From positions 1 through 52,363 of the IMG/VR virus record IMGVR_UViG_3300020461_000009: 52,363 nucleotides of DNA; one strand, given 5' to 3'. Of the stretch, positions 24,735 to 33,255 are shown piece after piece. The translations under genes were made by a program, and so were the position numbers. Under the pieces are notes generated by a model, which searched no databases, was not told the DNA's origin, and saw only the letters and a program-made list of their open reading frames with translations. Source of the DNA: a virus (lineage: Duplodnaviria; Caudoviricetes). Numbering within the stretch: position 1 is the stretch's first letter; the number at the start of each line of letters is the position of its first letter.

Positions 24735-25318
24735 CTGTAATTCTTTGCCCTGCAAGGGTTTTAGCGAATACAACAGTAGCGAGTCCACAAAGTCAATCGA
24801 CAGGGGTAGTAAATAATAATGCAACAATGATAACCCCTTCTAGTCATCCACAATTTAAAATGTCGCAAGGTATTATCTGCTCTTCTCCTAGCCTTACGTT
24901 TACACCCTATGTAACCGATGCTTGGTCATTTAACAGGCCAATAGAACAGGTGACGAGACAGAATATCTATGACGAAAATACTGGAGAAGTAAAATATGTG
25001 CAAGAAACTCCTCGCTTTGAAAAAGATAATTACAATTTAAACTATGGTTTTAGTCTTCAACTAAACATACCATTAGGAAAATCTCCAGCCCTTTGCCAAG
25101 AAGCGACTCAAGTAAATATAGATGCACAAAGATTACTAATAGCTAAAACACAAATGGAGATGGAATTATACAGACTTAAAATATGTGGTGAACAAGCTCG
25201 CCTCGGCGTACAGTTTGTTGGTAAGTATGCTATTAGTTGTGAAGGAATACAAGTTAACATACCTCCTAATCAAGTTCTGCCTCATGTACACAAAATTGAG
25301 GTAAAAGCACAAAAATAG
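24563..25318 (+). CDS. Secreted or outer-membrane-type protein with amphipathic beta strands and Cys-containing helical C terminus
   Basis: Signal-like segment ending RVLA (true start uncertain, downstream of 24563); YNLNYGFSLQLNIPL. Confidence 0.65.
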   Translation: MDYFRWHNKCKVEGSSSRKFFQFSRKRDGSRPRYSHKYNPDYNYVNYHRIYKYVWAIAVILCPARVLANTTVASPQSQSTGVVNNNATMITPSSHPQFKMSQGIICSSPSLTFTPYVTDAWSFNRPIEQVTRQNIYDENTGEVKYVQETPRFEKDNYNLNYGFSLQLNIPLGKSPALCQEATQVNIDAQRLLIAKTQMEMELYRLKICGEQARLGVQFVGKYAISCEGIQVNIPPNQVLPHVHKIEVKAQK

Positions 25319-25374
25319 CCCCTTCAGAATCGACTGTAAGGGGCTTGTAAAAAAGTCTGCTTATGTTTGTACCT
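25312..25374 (-). repeat. Inverted copy of the dispersed element; also a probable bidirectional terminator
   Basis: AGCCCCTT...AAGGGGCT stem between convergent genes; similar to 4736-4799. Confidence 0.6.
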
Positions 25375-26017
25375 ACGATTTTGGCTCTTTTTTCTTTGTC
25401 AGCTTTGTAAAGACTTGCTTTACTAAAGGTCGCACTAATTGTAAAACAAGCGGAGCAGAAGCACCAACCAGAGCCAAGCTAAACACCCCAACAAACTGAG
25501 GGGCAGAAGGTATGTACTGATCTTTGAAGGGTACGTCTTCATAAAGAGTAATGCACTCTTGTTTATTATCAGACAATTTATGACCTGTAACACGTTCAAG
25601 TTTTTTTTCGTTACGAAAATCACCTATTCGTTGGTCTTTTGAACTTGGACATTCTGGGATTACTATGTCATCTTTTTTTTCTTCCTCTGGTATTTTAGGG
25701 GTTTCAGTTTCTGGAATATTAGGTTCTAAATTATTTGTTGGTGGTGGCTCTTCTACAATTGTCATTTGGTTAGGGTTAAAAACAGGAGGTATAAAATTAG
25801 GAAAAGAAAAATCGCATATTGTATATACACCATTTGGGTCATCTAGTAATAAATTATGATTACCTGTGTTTTTTATATCTCGATGCTGATAAGTACAACC
25901 TGGTGTATTTATATTTAAATATTGTGTTAATACAGGAATATCTGGTGAATATGGCTCTGGAATGTATATTTCTGGAATATATATTTCTGGAACACTAATA
26001 TTAGGAATCTCCATCAT
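25373..26017 (-). CDS. Pro-rich, Cys-containing protein with C-terminal membrane anchor
   Basis: PEIYIPE repeats, PGC...C, C...C, C-terminal TM plus basic tail. Confidence 0.75.
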   Translation of the reverse strand: MMEIPNISVPEIYIPEIYIPEPYSPDIPVLTQYLNINTPGCTYQHRDIKNTGNHNLLLDDPNGVYTICDFSFPNFIPPVFNPNQMTIVEEPPPTNNLEPNIPETETPKIPEEEKKDDIVIPECPSSKDQRIGDFRNEKKLERVTGHKLSDNKQECITLYEDVPFKDQYIPSAPQFVGVFSLALVGASAPLVLQLVRPLVKQVFTKLTKKKEPKS

Positions 26018-26216
26018 CCCCAATAGAAATAGACCAACCTTTCTCTCCAAACTTGCCAACTTCTTTTATAACAGGTTTTCTTATTTTTTTATCTAATTCT
26101 TCGTGATATTTTTTTATATCATTATCAAGTTCTAAATTAAATTTTTGCATACGCATCCAATGAACTAATTTATCAATATAGTATTTAATTAATTTTTTTA
26201 TAAAACCAAATACCAT
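26001..26216 (-). CDS. Hypothetical protein
   Basis: 71-aa coupled ORF. Confidence 0.65.
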   Translation of the reverse strand: MVFGFIKKLIKYYIDKLVHWMRMQKFNLELDNDIKKYHEELDKKIRKPVIKEVGKFGEKGWSISIGDDGDS

Positions 26217-26365
26217 TAATCAAAAGCATCTCTAGGTAGATACACTTCTACATAAGAATTACATTTAGGACAAGATAAATTTGTGACCATAGAATATTCT
26301 GTGTTTTCTTCAGTATCGTGATCTCCACCCCAAATTAATTCAGTTTTACAATGCCAACAATTCAT
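26216..26365 (-). CDS. 49-aa Zn-ribbon protein (MNCWHC...CPKC)
   Basis: Not in ORF track; TAATG coupling at both ends; two CxxC motifs. Confidence 0.7.
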   Translation of the reverse strand: MNCWHCKTELIWGGDHDTEENTEYSMVTNLSCPKCNSYVEVYLPRDAFD

Positions 26366-26595
26366 TATTTTTTTGGATTTATTGGAAATGTTGGAATTTG
26401 TTTTGATGTTTCTGAGGGTAAAGTGTTACCTAATACGTCAGGCATAAGTCCTTTTACATTATCAAGCACTTGATTCATCATCTTTGCCTTAAATTGTTCT
26501 GAAGTTACATACTTAAATGTAAAAAAACCACCGCCCAAGATTCCCAAAACTAGGATCGTAGTTACGATAGTTAAAGCATCTAAAATTTTTCTCAT
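26365..26595 (-). CDS. Single-TM membrane protein
   Basis: N-terminal hydrophobic helix. Confidence 0.7.
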   Translation of the reverse strand: MRKILDALTIVTTILVLGILGGGFFTFKYVTSEQFKAKMMNQVLDNVKGLMPDVLGNTLPSETSKQIPTFPINPKK

Positions 26596-26725
26596 GTTAA
26601 AAGAGCAAATAGCACGAGCTACAGCATTAATGTCAGTAGTCGTTTTGTTACTTATTGTAGCTCTATCTCCTCTCTATGTCACAATGAGCTTAATGACAAG
26701 GCAAATGCAAGAAAAGCCTAACTAG
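26594..26725 (+). CDS. 43-aa hydrophobic peptide (LSPLYVTM motif)
   Basis: Translated by hand; divergent start shares the CATG with 26365-26595. Confidence 0.5.
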   Translation: MLKEQIARATALMSVVVLLLIVALSPLYVTMSLMTRQMQEKPN

Positions 26726-26939
26726 ATTTTTGTGCGTCAGAAGGTTTTAACTGTTCTTCTTGAGCTTTCGTAGATAATAATTGTGCCTGTGCATCTTTTA
26801 CACCAATAATTGCACCTTGATACCTATGTTCGTTTTGACACTCTAATTCATAAGACCTTTTTGCTTGTGCTTTACGATTTTGTATAGCAATAAGCTCCTG
26901 TTCGTATCTTTTTAAAAGATCATCTAGTGGATTGGTCAT
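26718..26939 (-). CDS. Small coiled-coil protein
   Basis: Start re-called at MTNPL (ATGA coupling). Confidence 0.7.
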   Translation of the reverse strand: MTNPLDDLLKRYEQELIAIQNRKAQAKRSYELECQNEHRYQGAIIGVKDAQAQLLSTKAQEEQLKPSDAQKSS

Positions 26940-27532
26940 GCTGCTACCTCCATTACTTGAATCCAAGAAGAAGTCCTAACATTATCACCACCATCTGCGT
27001 CATTATGATATTGATTTACATAAAGAGTTCTTGTTGATCCACTTATGTTGTATTGAGCTAGTCGGTATGTTAAAGCACTTGTACTGCCAGCAGTATCAAG
27101 ATAAGAAAAACTTTGAGGAACAATTGAATAAGTACCATGTTGACGAACAGCAGTCATAGCACCTTCTCTAGTGCCTACTATTGCACCATTTGCTGCTGTT
27201 ATTGAAGCAAAAGAACCAGACCCAGTTTGTTTTTGCAAAATAACTGGAATATTATTTACATCATTTGATGAAGTAAAATGTGTATTAGCTATAATTAAAA
27301 TTTTATTTGAGGCATTGCTTGGTGTGATAGTAACTTGAATATTATGTCCTGTCCAAAGTGCTTCTGAAGCTGTACTTTGTGAGGCAACATCATTTCTACC
27401 GCCCTGCACAACTTGAAGAATTTTACCAGCACCACCATTCGGAAAGGAACATTTACCAGCCGAATCTAAAGTAATAGCATCACTAGACGCTCCAGTATGC
27501 CTAATACTATTAACAATTAACCTACTGCTCAT
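26936..27532 (-). CDS. Tail fibre tip paralog, class C (module 2)
   Basis: MSSRLIVNSIR N terminus; GKILQV...MEVAA domain. Confidence 0.75.
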   Translation of the reverse strand: MSSRLIVNSIRHTGASSDAITLDSAGKCSFPNGGAGKILQVVQGGRNDVASQSTASEALWTGHNIQVTITPSNASNKILIIANTHFTSSNDVNNIPVILQKQTGSGSFASITAANGAIVGTREGAMTAVRQHGTYSIVPQSFSYLDTAGSTSALTYRLAQYNISGSTRTLYVNQYHNDADGGDNVRTSSWIQVMEVAA

Positions 27533-27870
27533 GGCTTGGGATACTTGTCTTTAGTAGCTTTAATTGCAGTAGCCCAAGTCCCTGTTGTATCTAACTTACC
27601 AGCAACCATATCTTTATAAAGCATATCTAACTGATCTCCTATCGTTGGATAGATAGTATCTGTTGTCCCTGCTGCACCTGTTCTCTGTGACTTATACAAA
27701 ATCGCTGCTGCTGCATCGTCTAACGATTTTCGGGCTGCTGCTATTTTTGTATCATCTAGTGTTACTTTTGATCCGTCAGCAGCAAACGCTCCAGCAGTAT
27801 CGTCTATAGAAACAACAGGTTTTGTTTCTGATTTGTAAGCCTCATAAATAGCTTCGTGGTCTAACGCCAT
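27529..27870 (-). CDS. Tail fibre assembly chaperone-like protein
   Basis: YP.IGDQLDML...W...IK..K.KYPKP motif. Confidence 0.65.
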   Translation of the reverse strand: MALDHEAIYEAYKSETKPVVSIDDTAGAFAADGSKVTLDDTKIAAARKSLDDAAAAILYKSQRTGAAGTTDTIYPTIGDQLDMLYKDMVAGKLDTTGTWATAIKATKDKYPKP

Positions 27871-27910
27871 AATTAAAAAGTCCTTTTTACTAAATTATAT
27901 AGGATGGACA

Positions 27911-28558
27911 TTAAGCTGCCACCTCCATGACTGTTATTGTTGATTGAGTTCTTATGTCATAAGCATAGTTATCATCTGAGTGAGAACGATTCAAATATAC
28001 AGTTTTTGTACCATTTGCACTATGACCCAATCTGACAGAATATGTTATTTGACTTGTCCCACCAGCAGTATCTAAATACTGACCACCAGTTGTATTATGA
28101 GTTCCTACCCATCTTACGTCCCCACCAGATGTTCTTGGTTTACGATTACCAGCAGCGGTTCCAGCAGCTCCAGTAAGTAATGAACCCGCTTTATAAAAAA
28201 CCCAATTCACTTCATTATCATTATTCAATCCCATACTGACATGAGCCGTAAGAAAAATCTTATTGTTTGCATTTGATGGTGTGATATTAACTGTTAGAGC
28301 ATCTGCACTAAGAGTTCCAGTAGCAAGACTTTCTGAAAAAGTATCAGTTCTTGTTGTTGAAACAACTTGTAAAATTTTACCTCCCCCAGCTTCAGCAAAT
28401 GATAAATTTCCAGAGCCATCCGTTTTTAAAAAAGTATCAGCACTCCCGTCAGACTGCGGTAGCTTTAGTTCAACTTCACTTGAAGAAGGGTTTGATGTTG
28501 GTACAGCTAATGAAACCGCATTACCACCAGAATGTACGAGTTTAATTTTTCCTGTCAT
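27911..28558 (-). CDS. Tail fibre tip paralog, class B (module 2)
   Basis: MTGKIKLVHSGGN N terminus; GKILQV...MEVAA. Confidence 0.75.
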   Translation of the reverse strand: MTGKIKLVHSGGNAVSLAVPTSNPSSSEVELKLPQSDGSADTFLKTDGSGNLSFAEAGGGKILQVVSTTRTDTFSESLATGTLSADALTVNITPSNANNKIFLTAHVSMGLNNDNEVNWVFYKAGSLLTGAAGTAAGNRKPRTSGGDVRWVGTHNTTGGQYLDTAGGTSQITYSVRLGHSANGTKTVYLNRSHSDDNYAYDIRTQSTITVMEVAA

Positions 28559-29163
28559 GCTGATACCTCCATTGCTGTGATAGATGATACTCCATGAAAC
28601 CAATTATTATCCCAAGTTCTATTAAGATACATTGTTCCAGAGTGCATATGCCATTTAATACCATATGTAATCGCACTTGTTGTATTTGGAGAATCTAAAA
28701 ACTCGAAATTGGCTGTTAAGTATAAAGATGAACCACCTATAGCAAAAGTGCCGTCTGCATCATCATCTACAACACTTGCATTACCTATTTCAGTTGTAGT
28801 CCCACCTATTGTTCTCTTTAGTCTAAAGTTTCCTTCAGCACCTGTGTAAGCCAAGTACAAACTACCTTTATATAAAATTTTATTACTTGTTGCGGATGGT
28901 GTAATACTAACAGTTAGTCCTGATATATCTGAAAAACTACCCGAGCTAGTACTTGCAGTATCATTTTTAAAAGTTTGTTTTACTTGTAAAATTTTACCTC
29001 CAACACCACTTGCTAATTTTGCAGCAGTAATCGCACCACTTGCTATTTTTCCACTTGCTACAGAGTTTGCTGCAAGCATATCTGCATCTACTATTCCATC
29101 AGGCAACCCACCAACTGCAAGTCCTGTTATTACTCCTGTGTTTCCGTTGATTGATACTGGCAT
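28555..29163 (-). CDS. Tail fibre tip paralog, class A (module 2)
   Basis: MPVSINGNTGVI N terminus; GKILQV...MEVSA. Confidence 0.75.
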   Translation of the reverse strand: MPVSINGNTGVITGLAVGGLPDGIVDADMLAANSVASGKIASGAITAAKLASGVGGKILQVKQTFKNDTASTSSGSFSDISGLTVSITPSATSNKILYKGSLYLAYTGAEGNFRLKRTIGGTTTEIGNASVVDDDADGTFAIGGSSLYLTANFEFLDSPNTTSAITYGIKWHMHSGTMYLNRTWDNNWFHGVSSITAMEVSA

Positions 29164-29459
29164 TAGACTACTGTGAACACCGATCCAGAAGGTATAGTTA
29201 AAGTATAAGACCCCATTGAAAAAGGGCCAGCTACCATACCATTTTTATTTGTACCAACTGTAATATTTCCTGCTGCTGCTATTGGGTTTTGAAATATGGA
29301 ATCTGTCTCACCACCAGCAGATATTGCATTGGTAGATGCAGCAGTTATTCTTCCCTGGGCATCAACTGTAATAGCTGGTATTGCAGTAGCAGAACCATAA
29401 CTTCCTGCACTTACAGAAGTATCAGCTAATCCTTGAGCTTGTGCTTTAGTTAATCCCAT
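29163..29459 (-). CDS. Short fibre adapter-like protein (module 2)
   Basis: AGSYG...ITVDAQGRITAA fibre repeat; C-terminal TIPSGSVFTVV matches the end of 31202-33253. Confidence 0.65.
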   Translation of the reverse strand: MGLTKAQAQGLADTSVSAGSYGSATAIPAITVDAQGRITAASTNAISAGGETDSIFQNPIAAAGNITVGTNKNGMVAGPFSMGSYTLTIPSGSVFTVV

Positions 29460-30037
29460 TATCCTGCCACCTCCAAAAGAGTGAGAGATGAAGGTACTCT
29501 TCCTCTTGATACATCAGTTGAACCTTGTTCATCTCTTCCAATATAACTCGTAAATCCACCAGAATAACCTTGTTTCCATTGTATTTTATATGTATGTGAA
29601 CCAGCACCACTTGGAATATCTAAAGCACTAAAGGAAGCAGTACTTGCTCCGTAGTTATAATAACCAGTATATCCACCAGCACTTGCACGAGTTACACTAC
29701 CATCTGCATCACCGAGCCAAGGATAATTTGTACTTCCGTCTACATCTACTCTTACTAATCTAAACCAAGTGCTATATGCAGCAGATGATCCAAAAAAGAC
29801 ATTTCCTAAACAAAGAACTTTACTACCAGCAGAAGTAGTTATTGCTTGTGATAAACCAGTCACATCTACAAAAGTAGCAGATTGTGTAGATTGTGTGTCT
29901 GTTTTAGCTACTTGAACAACTTGAAGAATTTTACCAACACCGCCATTTGGAAAGGCTGGTTTGCCAGAGTTATCAAATGTTATCGCATCTGCTGAAGCAG
30001 AAGTGGATCGTATTGCGTTTGTTATTAACCTACTCAT
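29459..30037 (-). CDS. Tail fibre tip paralog, class C (module 1)
   Basis: MSRLITNAIR N terminus; GKILQV...LEVAG. Confidence 0.75.
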   Translation of the reverse strand: MSRLITNAIRSTSASADAITFDNSGKPAFPNGGVGKILQVVQVAKTDTQSTQSATFVDVTGLSQAITTSAGSKVLCLGNVFFGSSAAYSTWFRLVRVDVDGSTNYPWLGDADGSVTRASAGGYTGYYNYGASTASFSALDIPSGAGSHTYKIQWKQGYSGGFTSYIGRDEQGSTDVSRGRVPSSLTLLEVAG

Positions 30038-30639
30038 GCTGCCACCTCCATAGCTGTTATTGTTGAAACACAATTTGTCATGTAAGTGTAATTATCTAAC
30101 GTTGGAGAACTATTAATACCAATAATGTAACTAGAAGAATACGGACTATGTGCTTGTAATTTATAAGTTGTTGCAGACGTTGTATTTGGAGAATCTAAAA
30201 GCTCTTGAGTTACACTCCTTCCATCAACATAAGATGACATATAACTACCAAAAGAACCTCTATTTTGACTTGTAGCACTTGGGTTTTGATCTCCTATAAA
30301 AATTGTGCTATCACTACCTCTTAGTAAACGCATAGACCAATATTGATTATTTGTAAAAGCACTAACACAATATCTAATTAGAACTTTATTAGAAGATGAG
30401 CTAGGTGTAATAGTAACACTCATACCTGCAATATCAACTAAAGTTGTCGATTGTATAGTTGTTCTATCTTTTTTAACTGTTTGTATAACTTGCAAAATTT
30501 TACCTGCATTTGCAGTTGTAGCTATTGTTCCATCTGCATCACCAGGTAATGTAAGAGTTCTGTCTGCTGCTGGATTAGAACTTGGTGCAGCTAATATAAC
30601 TCCATTACCACCACTATGTAATAATTTAATCTGACTCAT
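30034..30639 (-). CDS. Tail fibre tip paralog, class B (module 1)
   Basis: MSQIKLLHSGGN N terminus; GKILQV...MEVAA. Confidence 0.75.
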   Translation of the reverse strand: MSQIKLLHSGGNGVILAAPSSNPAADRTLTLPGDADGTIATTANAGKILQVIQTVKKDRTTIQSTTLVDIAGMSVTITPSSSSNKVLIRYCVSAFTNNQYWSMRLLRGSDSTIFIGDQNPSATSQNRGSFGSYMSSYVDGRSVTQELLDSPNTTSATTYKLQAHSPYSSSYIIGINSSPTLDNYTYMTNCVSTITAMEVAA

Positions 30640-31190
30640 GCTGCTACCTCCATAACTGTAATTTGACTAATAGGATTCTGACCTGATGAACTACTAGGGT
30701 TAGAGTTAGCTGTATTCACACCATAAACATTCCCACCACCATTATGTGTAGTAATTTGTATTTTATATGTTGTAGCACTTGTTGTTGATGGGGAGTCTAA
30801 AAATGTTCCAGTATTTTGATAAGATGGCACAGAACCAACTTGGTCATTTCGAGTGTATATAAAATTACTACATCTTGTTCGAGAACTTGCATCATCACCT
30901 CGATAAATGTCTGTAGATCCTCTCATCAAATGAAGAAAAGCTCTATAACCACCATTAGGCCCACCAACATTGACGTTATAAACAATTAAGATTTTATTTG
31001 ATGAAGATGAAGGAGTTATAGCAACACTTAAACCAGTTATATCGTATCTATCACCACCACTACTAGAAGAAGTAAAAGTTTGAGAATCACTTTTAAGTGC
31101 TTGTACTACTTGCAGAATTTTACCTGTAGATATACCTGATAAACTTGAGGCTGATATAACTCCAGTAGATCCGTTTAATACTATTGGCAT
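30636..31190 (-). CDS. Tail fibre tip paralog, class A (module 1)
   Basis: MPIVLNGSTGVI N terminus; GKILQV...MEVAA. Confidence 0.75.
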   Translation of the reverse strand: MPIVLNGSTGVISASSLSGISTGKILQVVQALKSDSQTFTSSSSGGDRYDITGLSVAITPSSSSNKILIVYNVNVGGPNGGYRAFLHLMRGSTDIYRGDDASSRTRCSNFIYTRNDQVGSVPSYQNTGTFLDSPSTTSATTYKIQITTHNGGGNVYGVNTANSNPSSSSGQNPISQITVMEVAA

Positions 31191-31201
31191 AATTTTACCT
31201 C

Positions 31202-33253
31202 CTAGACAATAACATAACGTGAACCTGACGGAATGGTAACTGTTACCCCACTTGCTACTATTATATCTCCTGCACTTATACCTGACTTGTTTGTGGTCAT
31301 AGTATAATTATTTGAAATTGTTAACGAGTTTTCTGTAACGCAACCATCAGCTTTTTGTGATGAAACTCCAGTTAATGCTGACCCATCAATAGCTGGCAAC
31401 GCTCCAGTAAGTGCGGAAGAAGGTAAATTAGTTAAACTTGCACCTGACCCACTAAATGTAGTTGCTGTTAATAATCCTGTAGAAGAGTTAAATGTAAGAT
31501 TTGATCCTGACTTTAAGCCTAAATCTCCTGTAGCTGCGGTGGTAAACAGAGGAAAACAAGTAGTATCAGAACTTTCATCAGCAATCGTAGAGGTAGTCGC
31601 ATTGCCAACAGCAACTTGAGTTCCCATATTAATGATGAAATATGTAGATCCACTAGGAGGAGCAGAATCAAAAATTATATCTGTACCACTTACAACATAT
31701 CCATCTGTCATATCCCCTTGACCAGACCCATCATTGGGTTGCTGCATAACACCATTGATAGATACTCTTAATATCTCTGCATTAACTGGTGTTACTGCTG
31801 TACTTGTGCCTTTCGTGACTAGCTTAAATCTATAAGCAGATCCGTTGAATGTAGCTGATCCACCACCAGTTCCAGAAGATGATGCAATATCTAATAAATC
31901 TGCTGTTCCCGAAGTAGCTGCTGATCCACCAATCTCTCCCCAAGCACTACCATCATATCCTTCAAATTCTGATGTCTGACTATTGAATCTGAACATCCCG
32001 GCAGATGGAGAGCCGGGTCTTTGTGCTGTAGTTCCAGCAGCAACATCAATCGCACCTGTTCCTGTCATTGAAATATCACCACTTACACTAAAGTTTCCAC
32101 TAACAGTAAGACTAGAAAGTAAAGTTCCTGTAGCTGTAGCTGAGTTTGTCTGAACAGCATTACCCATCAATGAGTGACTTGAGCATTGATAATGGATAAC
32201 CATTGGAGTGTTATCTGCTATGACAATCTGCACATATGCACCACTTTGACCTGCTGTTCCATTTACAGTTACGTTTGTTGTATAAGCTGTAGTTTTATTT
32301 GACTCAAGATAAAAACGTAAAGGATGACCAGAATTACTTGAATGTGATTGGTCAAACTTATAAGTACGGCCAGGTGTAAGAGTTAAAAATGGTGCTTCTT
32401 TGCCATCAATTAAATAACCATTTCCAGACCCACTTCCGTTATATCTATGCGCTGCTGTTTTGCTTGCAACAGTAACAGTTAGAGTTTTTACAGATCCAGT
32501 ATATGTAGCCTGAGTAGAAGCAAATCCTCTAATGTTTCCATCATCGGTGAGAGTTAACGTACCAGTAAAATTAGGATCTGCATTTTGACCAGGTGCTACC
32601 CAACTAAGAACTCCAGAAGCGTTACTTGATAAAACATATCCACTTACAGAAGAGTCAGCAGAAGGTAAAGTCCAAACAACATTAGATGAAACTGTTGCAG
32701 CAGATTTAAAACCAACATAATGAGAAGAGTCAGCATCTAAATATCTAACCTCTTTTTGACCAGAAACAGATAGATGTTCACTACTTGTCCAAGAGTCTGT
32801 TGCATTTACCCAATTAAATGTTTTATCAGACGCACCTTTTAGAGTAAGTCCACCTCCGTCAGCAGTTGTATCAGATGGTGTTGAGACTTTTCCAAGAGTT
32901 ATATTTTTATCCTCTACATCAAGATTGGTAGTGTTGATTGTAGTTGTTGTACCCCCAACTGTTAAGTCTCCTACTATATTTACAAGACCAGCAGAACTGA
33001 TAGACATTCTGCCTGTTCCACCTGTGCTAAAGGTTAAAGTATCTGATCCTCCACTAATTCCTGTATTTGGATCAGAATTAAAACTAAATGCAGGGCTACC
33101 AGCAGATCCATCAGGTGCTTTACTTAATAAATTTGAATAACTTATCTTTTTATTTTTAGCAGAACCTGTGGCACTTTGATCTATTATCGGCAAAGTATCT
33201 GTACTGGCTGGTGCAGTAAGTTCTGTAAATTCTGATATTTTGCGGTTTGTCAT
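31202..33253 (-). CDS. Long tail fibre protein with internal cupredoxin-like domain
   Basis: KISE N terminus, Gly/Ser/Thr-rich fibre motifs, GHPL...YQCSSHSLMG, GTTAQRP...FEGY repeat, C-terminal TIPSGSRYVIV. Confidence 0.8.
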   Translation of the reverse strand: MTNRKISEFTELTAPASTDTLPIIDQSATGSAKNKKISYSNLLSKAPDGSAGSPAFSFNSDPNTGISGGSDTLTFSTGGTGRMSISSAGLVNIVGDLTVGGTTTTINTTNLDVEDKNITLGKVSTPSDTTADGGGLTLKGASDKTFNWVNATDSWTSSEHLSVSGQKEVRYLDADSSHYVGFKSAATVSSNVVWTLPSADSSVSGYVLSSNASGVLSWVAPGQNADPNFTGTLTLTDDGNIRGFASTQATYTGSVKTLTVTVASKTAAHRYNGSGSGNGYLIDGKEAPFLTLTPGRTYKFDQSHSSNSGHPLRFYLESNKTTAYTTNVTVNGTAGQSGAYVQIVIADNTPMVIHYQCSSHSLMGNAVQTNSATATGTLLSSLTVSGNFSVSGDISMTGTGAIDVAAGTTAQRPGSPSAGMFRFNSQTSEFEGYDGSAWGEIGGSAATSGTADLLDIASSSGTGGGSATFNGSAYRFKLVTKGTSTAVTPVNAEILRVSINGVMQQPNDGSGQGDMTDGYVVSGTDIIFDSAPPSGSTYFIINMGTQVAVGNATTSTIADESSDTTCFPLFTTAATGDLGLKSGSNLTFNSSTGLLTATTFSGSGASLTNLPSSALTGALPAIDGSALTGVSSQKADGCVTENSLTISNNYTMTTNKSGISAGDIIVASGVTVTIPSGSRYVIV

Positions 33254-33255
33254 AA

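Noticed and set aside
26936-31190. Diversity-generating retroelement or invertase shufflon acting on the tip genes
   Set aside because: No reverse transcriptase or invertase, no near-identical TR/VR pair noticed, and all tip genes are in one orientation
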